A DNA stretch of 64,000 nucleotides from a bacterium (GCA_021842405.1 JAKBZR010000001.1:18865-82864); one strand, 5' to 3'; shown: positions 38,096 through 46,171, counted from the first letter of the stretch. Notes: generated by a model not told the origin, from the letters alone. A program made the numbers and translations.

Positions 38096-40708
38096 TTATA
38101 GATGCTTTCCCCCGAAGGGTGGGGCCGGTCGGTGGTACCTATGAATGATCCGACGGGGGCGATAGACACGGCGGCTTGCAGTCAGGGTTATTGAAGTGGA
38201 TACGCCCGGAGTTAAACTCACGCGGCGGGTTATCCCACTCCATATAAGTTGAACTGCCTCCGGATGTCCCGAGCGCACTTGTAACGCGAGCTGGGCCGGT
38301 GAAATGGAGGTGATGGTCAATCTGGTGGGCTTCTGACACCGAATCGTGACCGGAAACGGCGCCAAGGCTCCTCCTGGATTTTCCACGATGTAGTGGCTGG
38401 GGTTGGCCAACTGCTGGGCTCGGACCGCCAAACGGTAGGAGGTGACCGGCTCATTGTTTGCATAAGCGCTGAGCGAGGCGTTCCAGTCATACCGGCTGTA
38501 AGCATTTTGTTCTTTCCAATTCACCGAAGTGCTGAGGCGATGGATCAGATTGAAGGGGTCCTCCCAGTTTTCAACGATCAAGCTGCGCGCGCGTTCCGCT
38601 GCGATGTCGGCCAGGATGCGCACCGCAGGGGAGCCATCCGGTGATAATCGCACGGATGGAATTGGGCCGCTGATATGCTCCACCGCTACCCGATAGTTAA
38701 AGCCCGGTTTTTGCGGGATCAAGGTAGGGAGGTAGATTGATAACCAGCCGCTGTTTGGAACTACCGGTACGGTGATGGTGAAAAGATTATGGTCGGTTGC
38801 AATGTCTCGTAAGCTGACTACGATGGTGCACGGCGCCCCAGCCAGCGAGAGGTCAATTCGATTGATTCCGAATGAGCCGGTCGGAGCCGCATAGGATCGG
38901 AAAATCGGTTGATTGAGCGGGCGTGCGGCTACCCCGCTGGATGGAGAATCCATCACGCCGGTCGGTTCTTCAATGGTGGTCTCAAACCGTTGGAGGAGGG
39001 CGCTTAGGTTCTTGACATAAGGCCAATTGAACAAGGTCACGTAACGGCAGCCGGTTGCGTAGGCGGCCTGCAGGCAGCCAATGAGCTCATCCTCGTTCTT
39101 GGCGCCGGTACACTCAAGATTGGGTAAGGCGGTGCGACCGAACTCGCGCTCCTTTAACAACCAGGACAGCATCTCGGCTCCGTTCCAGTATTCCCCTCCG
39201 CTGCACCCATTTTCGACCGATCCCAGCTCGATCCCGGGGTGCCATTCGGTGACCTCTTTCAACGGATAGAGCGGCATCGCGTAGGGCTCGGTGTATATGT
39301 TGTCAATGGTTAATTTTGTGCGTGAAGTGCGATGGCTGTTGCTGCCGATTAGGATTGGATCGGGTTGGAGTGAGCTGATCATGTCGTTGACCAGCCGCTG
39401 CTGCTGGCGCGCCAAATTTTGATGTAGCCACCATCTCTCGCTCCCGGTCAGCCCATCCTTTGGGTTGAGCATCACGCCGTCTTTTGCGGCGGCCGCGACG
39501 GTGGCCGGGTTAAAATCGGCCTCCAGATGGGTTCTCGGTATTCCGTGATTGAAAGCGGTATAGCCATGGTCGTCAACGCCGTCCGCCCAGTAGATCGTCT
39601 CATCGCCGGTGGAGAGTGAATGGGGGAAAAGGCCGCCATCCTCGACCAAGGCCAGCCGATCACACTGCGACTGCCATGCTTTGAGCGCCGCCTTTAGCCG
39701 ATCGGCGCGGAATTCATTCAGGTGATGATTGTTAAAGGTCATCCATGGGGTATTCCCCCAAACGTTGGGCACCGATAGCCCGTAATGAACATCATAGCTT
39801 GATCCCAGTAGTTTCTGTAGGGCTGGAATGACGACTTGATTTTGGGGCGAGTAAACGATCTGCTGATAGGTGGGATCGGAGAAAGTACCCCCCAACCCAT
39901 CGGGAACGCCTTTAGGAACGCCCCCCCAGTCGGTTTCAAATCGGATTCGCAAGGGAAAATGGGCACGCATCGCAAGATCAGCAAGCTGGCCGATGTACTG
40001 TTGGTCCTGGCTATCGCTTCGAGCGCAGTAGTTAATGAGAACGGTCGCCTCCGGTTTAATGAATTGACTGGGAGGGATCGTCTTTTTTATGGCTGCCATC
40101 TCGCCGGCGTCAATTTGATAGCCGGATCCCTCGGGGGACAATAAACCGAGTCGCATGGAGAGGTCGTTCAAGGATGGGTGCCACTGATCGCCGGTGCCGC
40201 GATAGGCTCGGATCAGTGAGATGATCACCGGCGCTTCGGAATCGGGAAGAGCCTGAACTTCGATCGTGGTATGGGTGGTGCCGGGTTTCACCTCAAGGAA
40301 GATGGATTGCTTGATCCCGCCGCCCGGATCCAGGGAATAGGCGCGGTATCGCTCTTGATCGTTGATCAAAATCCGGTAGGATTTTATCTTTCCGTAGTCG
40401 GCGAGCGGCGTTGAGAAGACGAATTGAAGGGTGGCGCCGCGGGGGTTGGTCAGCAACTGCAAGGATAAGTCTCCCTTGCCGGGCTCAAGGGAGATGCCGG
40501 CCAAGGTGCGGTTGACGGTGCCGACCATCGCATGGCTGTGAAGGATCTCGGCATTATCGTAATGCACCGCATGGCGCCGCATAGAGGGCAATGAGGCTAG
40601 GTTCACCCAGTCGGTGACGTGGGGTTGTAGGGCGGCATTTGCCGGAGACCCGGCGTTAAGGAAAATGAGAAATGTGAGCGCAACCCCTATTAACTTCGGT
40701 GCTTTCAT
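38096..40708 (-). CDS. secreted protein of unknown function, 870 aa
   Basis: signal peptide MKAPKLIGVALTFLIFLNAGSPANA; long clean ORF; no recognisable family motif. Confidence 0.6.
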   Translation of the reverse strand: MKAPKLIGVALTFLIFLNAGSPANAALQPHVTDWVNLASLPSMRRHAVHYDNAEILHSHAMVGTVNRTLAGISLEPGKGDLSLQLLTNPRGATLQFVFSTPLADYGKIKSYRILINDQERYRAYSLDPGGGIKQSIFLEVKPGTTHTTIEVQALPDSEAPVIISLIRAYRGTGDQWHPSLNDLSMRLGLLSPEGSGYQIDAGEMAAIKKTIPPSQFIKPEATVLINYCARSDSQDQQYIGQLADLAMRAHFPLRIRFETDWGGVPKGVPDGLGGTFSDPTYQQIVYSPQNQVVIPALQKLLGSSYDVHYGLSVPNVWGNTPWMTFNNHHLNEFRADRLKAALKAWQSQCDRLALVEDGGLFPHSLSTGDETIYWADGVDDHGYTAFNHGIPRTHLEADFNPATVAAAAKDGVMLNPKDGLTGSERWWLHQNLARQQQRLVNDMISSLQPDPILIGSNSHRTSRTKLTIDNIYTEPYAMPLYPLKEVTEWHPGIELGSVENGCSGGEYWNGAEMLSWLLKEREFGRTALPNLECTGAKNEDELIGCLQAAYATGCRYVTLFNWPYVKNLSALLQRFETTIEEPTGVMDSPSSGVAARPLNQPIFRSYAAPTGSFGINRIDLSLAGAPCTIVVSLRDIATDHNLFTITVPVVPNSGWLSIYLPTLIPQKPGFNYRVAVEHISGPIPSVRLSPDGSPAVRILADIAAERARSLIVENWEDPFNLIHRLSTSVNWKEQNAYSRYDWNASLSAYANNEPVTSYRLAVRAQQLANPSHYIVENPGGALAPFPVTIRCQKPTRLTITSISPAQLALQVRSGHPEAVQLIWSGITRRVSLTPGVSTSITLTASRRVYRPRRIIHRYHRPAPPFGGKHL

Positions 40709-40959
40709 GGGCAGTCCTTCTTATGAGATGATTAGGATCAGCGGGCTGAGTTGCTTCACTCCAGTTTGAACATCTTTGTCGGAAAGTTGAGCTTGTCGAG
40801 ATAAAGCGAAACAACGGATAAGGTGTTTTTTGCATCAACCGCCACTCGGATCCATCGAGAAAAGGTCGCAGCGACTCGAAATGACCCAATCAATGAAACC
40901 CACTCGAATATTTATTATATTCCAAGTGACCGTTAATGTGAGAGGAGGAGGGTTGAATG

Positions 40960-41000
40960 AAAGAGTTCACTTTTTATTTTCCGCAAAACTGAATTCATTC
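40960..41000. mobile_element. 41-bp minimal type-1 element (termini only)
   Basis: aaagagttcac...ccgcaaaactgaattcattc; flanked by ggttgaatg (40951-40959) and ggttgaatt (41001-41009), 8/9 identical. Confidence 0.55.
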
Positions 41001-41110
41001 GGTTGAATTCACCGGTCGCTTCATTTTCGTGATGGAGATAGGCAGAGAGTGAATGCCGTTTGGTGACTCCTGTCTGCCCGGTTAGAGGCAGGCAGGAGCG
41101 ATACGACACT

Positions 41111-41950
41111 TTAGTTCTGCGGAGTCGGGGTAGTGTGCGCTGGGCTCTTGAGATTGGATTTTTGATGGGAACGGCTCTTCGGCTCAAGGTTGCCGATAGT
41201 CAGCTTGTGCCATGGCATCCATTTGGAATGGCCGTCCGCAAAGGCGACGAGATCGCCGCCGTGGTGGCGGGTTGCGTTATCGAGCCGCTCTTGGCCGTAT
41301 TTTTGGATTAATTTTTCAGCCGATTGGTTTTTCAGCCACATCAGCTTGTTGCCGGCATCGTTGGAGAAAGCAATCCCCGCTACGATCAAATCGGCCGATT
41401 TACCGGTGGGGTCGGGGAGTGAATTGACGAGTTGTGGCGCCGAATCGGCCAGCATCAACGTGTTTACGGGTTCCGGAATATTCGCCAAGCGGTTCCCTTT
41501 ATGTCCGCCGGTCAGCCACTCATTCAGCCCGAAGGAGACATAGTTTGCCGGGTGCGTCGGGCCGAACAGATCGTTCGCGCCGCTGTCGTCGCTGCAGCCG
41601 CTCCAGTAGTCGTTCCAGCGCAACACGTCGGCCGGATCGCGATATACCGAAACTTTGTCCGTGTAGGGATAGATCACATCGGTCCAGAAGGAGGCCGAAT
41701 CGCGAGGCGCCCCGTGGTTTCCCCCCTTGCAGTAGTATTGGATATTCCAGTAGGGGTAGAGCTCGTCGTAGTCTTGGTTGTACATCGCCATCGCAAGACT
41801 CAGTTGTTTGATGTTGGAAAGGGCGATGTCGGTCAGGCTTGTCTTCTTTTCCTGAGCGATGCCCGGCGCTAGGATCGCGGCTAACAGAGCGATGACCGCG
41901 ACCGCCACGCCGCCTTCAAATAGTGAAACCCTCTTGCGCTTCAATTTCAC
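41111..41950 (-). CDS. H-X9-DG (DUF1559) prepilin-like protein with degenerate N-terminal leader
   Basis: 279 aa; C-terminal HHGGDLVAFADGH gives H-X9-DG; N-terminus has a hydrophobic helix but VSLFEG instead of GFTLIE. Confidence 0.7.
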   Translation of the reverse strand: MKLKRKRVSLFEGGVAVAVIALLAAILAPGIAQEKKTSLTDIALSNIKQLSLAMAMYNQDYDELYPYWNIQYYCKGGNHGAPRDSASFWTDVIYPYTDKVSVYRDPADVLRWNDYWSGCSDDSGANDLFGPTHPANYVSFGLNEWLTGGHKGNRLANIPEPVNTLMLADSAPQLVNSLPDPTGKSADLIVAGIAFSNDAGNKLMWLKNQSAEKLIQKYGQERLDNATRHHGGDLVAFADGHSKWMPWHKLTIGNLEPKSRSHQKSNLKSPAHTTPTPQN

Positions 41951-42090
41951 AAGCTCCTTTCGAGTGAGCGCTGGAACGTCTATCTCAAACGGATGTCAAT
42001 GCGAATCCCGGAATTGTTTACCACTGGAAGCAAAAGGATTAACATAAATATACCATAATTGCAATCTAAATCTCATGAATTGAAATTGCG

Positions 42091-42270
42091 AAAGAGTTCA
42101 GTTTTGCGGGAATGATTTTCGTTCGACCCCACCCCAGCCCTCCCCGCAAGCGGGGAGGGCGTCATTGCGAGCGAAGCGAAGCAATCTCATTCCCCGGTTC
42201 TCCCCCGAGAGGGGTGAGGTGATTTATCGGTCAGCTTTTAATTCCCACAAAACTGAACTCTTACCTCTTT
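42091..42270. repeat. type-1 MITE-like element
   Basis: inverted termini aaagagttcagttttgcgggaat / attcccacaaaactgaactcttacctcttt; internal hairpins ccctccccgcaagcggggaggg and cattgcgagcgaagcgaagcaatc; no flanking direct repeat found. Confidence 0.65.
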
Positions 42271-42282
42271 CCGCACATCTTG

Positions 42283-42311
42283 TTGACGTGGGTATAGGGC
42301 GCGGGTATAAT
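42283..42311 (+). promoter_or_regulatory. sigma70-type promoter driving the T-box leader
   Basis: TTGACG (42283-42288), 17-nt spacer, TATAAT (42306-42311). Confidence 0.7.
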
Positions 42312-42335
42312 GGGCGGGTGAAGTAGGCTAATAAT

Positions 42336-42638
42336 GGGCTTTGAGGAAGAGGAGTAAGCGATGGGGGCGCCACAGAGAGCCGGGAAGGGTGAGAACCGGT
42401 GCAGCCGAAGTCGCTGAAATGGCTTCTGAGCCACCGACCTGAAACCACTGGATATTGTGGAATTAGGGTCGGCCGGGGGGCTCCCGTTACAGGGCTAGGG
42501 TGTAGAGTCTTCTCCCTTTAGACAGAACAGCACCCGTCGAGGTCGTCCCCGTGAGGGTTCGGCGAAGGTCAGGTGGTACCACGAGAAATACGCCTCTCGT
42601 CCTGGTCGCATCGGCGTTCGGGACGGGTGGCTTTTTTT
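42336..42638 (+). promoter_or_regulatory. T-box riboswitch leader, Specifier AUG (Met)
   Basis: Stem I base 42337-42340/42429-42432. Specifier loop: 5-prime AGGAGUA (42350-42356), 3-prime GAA-AUG-G (42416-42422). AG bay AGAGA 42374-42378; distal loop GGUGAGA 42388-42394; F box CCGUUA 42484-42489; T-box AGGUGGUACCACG 42571-42583. Terminator plus U7 follows. Confidence 0.85.
42592..42638 (+). terminator. intrinsic terminator of the T-box leader
   Basis: GCC-U-CUCGUCC (42592-42602) pairs with GGACGGG-U-GGC (42621-42631), followed by TTTTTTT (42632-42638). Confidence 0.75.
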
Positions 42639-42675
42639 GTTAGCGCCTGTGCCCGGCGAAAACTTACGGAGGTTA

Positions 42676-43929
42676 ATGATGGCGAAAGTTTTAGGCTTGA
42701 GATGCCGCGAGTGCGGGCAAGAATACGGGGTGGTGCCCAACCACGTCTGCGAGATGTGCTTCGGCCCGCTCGAAGTACGTTACGATTACGAGGAGATTGG
42801 CCATCGAATTTCACGGACATCCATAGAATCCGGCCCGCCCAGCATCTGGCGCTATAAAGATCTGCTGCCCATTGACGGCGAGCCAACCGTGGGCTTGAAC
42901 TGCGGATGGACGCCGCTGGTTCGGGCGGAGCGTCTGGGGCGTGAGCTGGGGCTGCGCAATCTGTATCTAAAGAACGACAGCGTCAACCACCCAACCCTTT
43001 CTTTCAAAGACCGGGTCGTTTCGGTCGCCCTGACGAAGGCGCGGGAGTTCGGATATGAGGTGGTGGCCTGTGCCTCCACCGGCAATCTGGCCAACTCAGT
43101 AGCGGCCCACGCCGCCGAGGGCGGATTTACCAGCTACATTTTCATCCCTGACAATCTGGAGCTGGGTAAAGTGTTGGGCACGCTGGTCTACGGCGCGAAT
43201 GTGCTTGCGGTCAGCGGAAACTACGATGAAGTGAATCGGCTTTGCGCGGAGGCGGTCGGAAAGTACAATTGGGCATTCGTCAACATAAATTTAAGGCCCT
43301 ACTACGGTGATGGTAGCAAAACCTTCGGCTATGAGATCGCGGAGCAGTTGGGGTGGAGAGCGCCCGACCACATCGTGGTGCCTTGTGCGGGCGGTTCGCT
43401 GATGTCGAAGACCTATAAGGGGTTGAATGAGCTGGCGCAATTGGGCATAATTCCACCGGTTAAAACTAAAATGTACGCGGCGCAGGCCTCCGGTTGCTCA
43501 CCCATCACCACCGCCATTAAGACGAAATCCGATGTCATTCGCCCGGTTAAGCCCAATACCATCGCCAAGTCCATCGCAATCGGCAATCCGGCTGACGGTT
43601 ACTACGCGATCGATACGGTGCGAAAAAGCGGCGGCTGGGCCGAAGATGTAACCGACGATGAGGTTATTGAGGGCATCAAACTGCTGGGACGTACCGAAGG
43701 TATATTTACCGAGACGGCCGGCGGAGTGACGGTGGCGGTGGCCCGAAAGCTGGTGGAGCAGGGGCGTCTGCCGGCCGATGAACTGGTGGTGCTGGCCATT
43801 ACCGGCAACGGACTGAAAACGCAGGAGGCGGTTACCGACTGTCTATCCCAGCCGATGCACATTCAGCCCAACTTGACTTCGCTGAAAGAGGCGATCGGCC
43901 TCCAGCGTCAGGCGGCGTTGAGCGTCTGA
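42676..43929 (+). CDS. threonine synthase-like PLP enzyme with N-terminal zinc ribbon (candidate O-phosphohomoserine sulfhydrylase)
   Basis: CRECGQEY...CEMCFGPL zinc ribbon; PLP-lysine motif PTLSFKDRV; start placed after the leader terminator at the ATG following GGAGG (42668-42672). Confidence 0.8.
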   Translation: MMAKVLGLRCRECGQEYGVVPNHVCEMCFGPLEVRYDYEEIGHRISRTSIESGPPSIWRYKDLLPIDGEPTVGLNCGWTPLVRAERLGRELGLRNLYLKNDSVNHPTLSFKDRVVSVALTKAREFGYEVVACASTGNLANSVAAHAAEGGFTSYIFIPDNLELGKVLGTLVYGANVLAVSGNYDEVNRLCAEAVGKYNWAFVNINLRPYYGDGSKTFGYEIAEQLGWRAPDHIVVPCAGGSLMSKTYKGLNELAQLGIIPPVKTKMYAAQASGCSPITTAIKTKSDVIRPVKPNTIAKSIAIGNPADGYYAIDTVRKSGGWAEDVTDDEVIEGIKLLGRTEGIFTETAGGVTVAVARKLVEQGRLPADELVVLAITGNGLKTQEAVTDCLSQPMHIQPNLTSLKEAIGLQRQAALSV

Positions 43930-43944
43930 TTGAATGGTCGCAAA

Positions 43945-43965
43945 CTGGGGAATTGAACTAATTCG
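43945..43965. repeat. possible solo remnant of a type-1 terminus
   Basis: ctggggaattgaactaattcg resembles ctcagagaattgaactcattcg at 17241-17262. Confidence 0.3.
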
Positions 43966-44041
43966 ACGGATTGGAGCGATCATTTCATTCGTCCCATCTG
44001 TCCTATTTCCTATAGTCCTATATCGAGGAGGTTAAACATAA

Positions 44042-44317
44042 ATGCCGGTAACCGTATTGATTCCAACACCGCTCCGGAAACTAACCAATGAACAGGATAG
44101 CGTCGAAACGTCCGCATCCACAATCGCCGGCTTAATCCAGGATCTCAATCAACAGTTTCCCGGATTGGGTGCCCGATTGACCGACGAGACCGGAGCATTA
44201 CGACGCTTTGTCAATATCTATGTGAACGAGGAGGATATTCGTTTTTTGAAGGGAACGGAGACGCCGCTTGCCGACGGCGATTCGGTGTCTATCGTGCCAT
44301 CTATTGCGGGCGGTTAA
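44042..44317 (+). CDS. CysO/MoaD/ThiS-family sulfur carrier protein
   Basis: 91 aa ending AGG; strongly resembles my recollection of M. tuberculosis CysO (VTV.IPT.LR ... RFVNIYVNEEDIRF ... ADGDSVSI.P..AGG). Confidence 0.85.
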   Translation: MPVTVLIPTPLRKLTNEQDSVETSASTIAGLIQDLNQQFPGLGARLTDETGALRRFVNIYVNEEDIRFLKGTETPLADGDSVSIVPSIAGG

Positions 44318-44366
44318 TGTGATCGAAACGGATGGCAGCCTGTAATCAACAGTGAGGGGAAGCGGT

Positions 44367-44618
44367 ATGGCTTTAATTCAGGTTCACATAACGGCGACGA
44401 GAGACCAAGTTAGCGAGCCGATTTTATACCGGCTGGCGAAGGACTTCAATGTGGTGACCAACGTGCGCCGCGCACAGGTTGAGGAAGATTATGCATTTGT
44501 GGCGGTGGATATCGAAGGTTCTCTGCCCGAGGTGCAGCGCGCCATCGCCTGGCTTCAGACGACCGGTTTGCATATTGATCCAAAGGAACGATCGGTCAGC
44601 GATCGCGGAAACCTGTAG
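44367..44618 (+). CDS. stand-alone NIL-domain protein
   Basis: 83 aa from the ATG after GAGGGGA; C-terminal QRAIAWLQTTGLHIDP resembles the MetN C-terminal NIL region (AAIAWLQEHHVKVEV, from memory). Confidence 0.65.
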   Translation: MALIQVHITATRDQVSEPILYRLAKDFNVVTNVRRAQVEEDYAFVAVDIEGSLPEVQRAIAWLQTTGLHIDPKERSVSDRGNL

Positions 44619-44681
44619 TTCCGGGTCGTCAAATTTTCAATCCGTAAGGCGAATGCCGGAATTGGGCGGCGGGTCAAGAAA

Positions 44682-46073
44682 ATGGAACTTATCGAGCGAG
44701 TTGAAGCAACGATCCGCCGTTACAATATGTTTGATCGGCAGACCAGAGTGTTGGCAGCGGTATCGGGCGGTGCCGATTCAATCGCGCTTTTGCATCTGCT
44801 GAAGCGGCTTTCAGCCCCATTGGAAATAGAGCTGTATGTTGCCCATCTGAATCATCAATTGCGGGGCGAGGAAGCGGATCAGGATGCCGAATCGGTCCGC
44901 GAGCTCTGTTTGAGCTGGGGATTATCGCTCAAGATCGGTTGCCGGGATATCAGGGCGATTCGGAAGCGGCGTCATCTCTCGACGCAAGAGGCGGCACGGG
45001 AAGAGCGCTATCGCTTCCTGAGTGAAGCGGCCGATGAAGTTGGAGCCCACCGAATCGCGGTCGGCCATCATCGAGATGATCGGGCCGAAACCGTTCTGTT
45101 GCATATAATAAGGGGCTGCGGGATCAGCGGGCTGACCGGAATACCGCCGGTTTCGGGGATGGTGGTGCGCCCGCTGATCGAGATCGGACGATCGGAAATC
45201 GCGGATTATTGTCGTGAAAACCATCTATTTTACCGGCAGGATTCCTCGAATACCAATCTTCGTTACCGCCGCAATCACCTGCGATCGGAACTGATTCCTT
45301 TCATCCAATCGTATTACAACCCACAGCTCCCGAAGAGCCTGTTACGGCTTGCCGACCTTGCAGGGGATGATGATGAGGCACTGAACGCCGTTACCGCCCA
45401 GTGTATGGATACCCTGGTGATCCGAAATACAAAGGATCGTCTGGAGATAGATACAGCCGCGCTTCTTAAGCAGCCGAGGGCGGTTCAGCGGCGTGCGGTT
45501 CGCCGGGCGATTGATCGGGTACGCGACAGCCTTGAGGATATCCCTTTTTCCCTAGTGGAACGCGCACTGGATGCGCTGAAACGTGGAGAAAAATTGGGGG
45601 TGAATTTGCCAGGCGGCCGGGTACGATTAAGCAGCCAGGCAGGCAGGTTCGTCGTCTTCAGGGAAGCGGATCCGGTTTCGATATTGCCGGTCGCCCAAGA
45701 ATTGGAGGTGCCCGGCCACCTACGGGTCGAGGCGCTGAACGTCGAGATTTGGGCCAGTGCATCTCCCATGGAAACAACCGGCAGCGATTTGATGGTGAAG
45801 GTGTCCGCATCGGCGGTACGCCCGCCGATGGTGGTGAGGAATTGGCGAGCGGGCGATATCCTTACAACATCCAACGGCCATCATAGAAAGTTACAGGATG
45901 TTTTTACCGATAAGAAGGTTGAACGCGAAAAGCGGCACCGGATTCCCATTATAGCGGATGTGGACGGCATCGTATGGGTGGTGGGAGTGATGCCGGATCA
46001 TCGGCCGGAAGCGACTGAGGGCGGACCGGCCATCTACCTGAAAGCGCGGTGGCTGTCAGAAGAGGAGTGTTAA
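44682..46073 (+). CDS. tilS: tRNA(Ile)-lysidine synthase
   Basis: 463 aa; PP-loop VLAAVSGGADSIALLHLL; conserved position upstream of ftsH. Confidence 0.9.
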   Translation: MELIERVEATIRRYNMFDRQTRVLAAVSGGADSIALLHLLKRLSAPLEIELYVAHLNHQLRGEEADQDAESVRELCLSWGLSLKIGCRDIRAIRKRRHLSTQEAAREERYRFLSEAADEVGAHRIAVGHHRDDRAETVLLHIIRGCGISGLTGIPPVSGMVVRPLIEIGRSEIADYCRENHLFYRQDSSNTNLRYRRNHLRSELIPFIQSYYNPQLPKSLLRLADLAGDDDEALNAVTAQCMDTLVIRNTKDRLEIDTAALLKQPRAVQRRAVRRAIDRVRDSLEDIPFSLVERALDALKRGEKLGVNLPGGRVRLSSQAGRFVVFREADPVSILPVAQELEVPGHLRVEALNVEIWASASPMETTGSDLMVKVSASAVRPPMVVRNWRAGDILTTSNGHHRKLQDVFTDKKVEREKRHRIPIIADVDGIVWVVGVMPDHRPEATEGGPAIYLKARWLSEEEC

Positions 46074-46117
46074 TGGCCTGATTGAGGGGCGGCAATGGCT
46101 TGCCGATAAAACGGGCA

Positions 46118-46126
46118 TGCTATAAT
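46118..46126 (+). promoter_or_regulatory. candidate extended -10 promoter element upstream of ftsH
   Basis: TGcTATAAT at 46118-46126, 46 nt before the ftsH ATG; no good -35. Confidence 0.3.
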
Positions 46127-46171
46127 ACAAATGTGAACATTTGCGCCGAAGGGGAATAAGGACTTTTATCC

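Noticed and set aside
42091-42270. Target-site duplications for the copies at 42091-42270, 53705-53884 and 16648-17262
   Set aside because: The flanking 9-mers at several boundary registers do not match. These copies are either old or composite, so TSD evidence rests only on the three other copies.
42441-42447. GAA-ACC-A as a threonine Specifier, which would fit a real thrC
   Set aside because: It lies 3-prime of the closed Stem I, after the base pairing at 42429-42432. The S-turn/upper-stem geometry places the codon slot at AUG 42419-42421 instead.
42461-42472. aattagggtcgg as the T-box sequence
   Set aside because: It is too close to Stem I and has no terminator after it. The true motif AGGUGGUACCACG, with its terminator, is at 42571-42638. 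This segment more likely belongs to the Stem II/IIA-B region preceding the F box.
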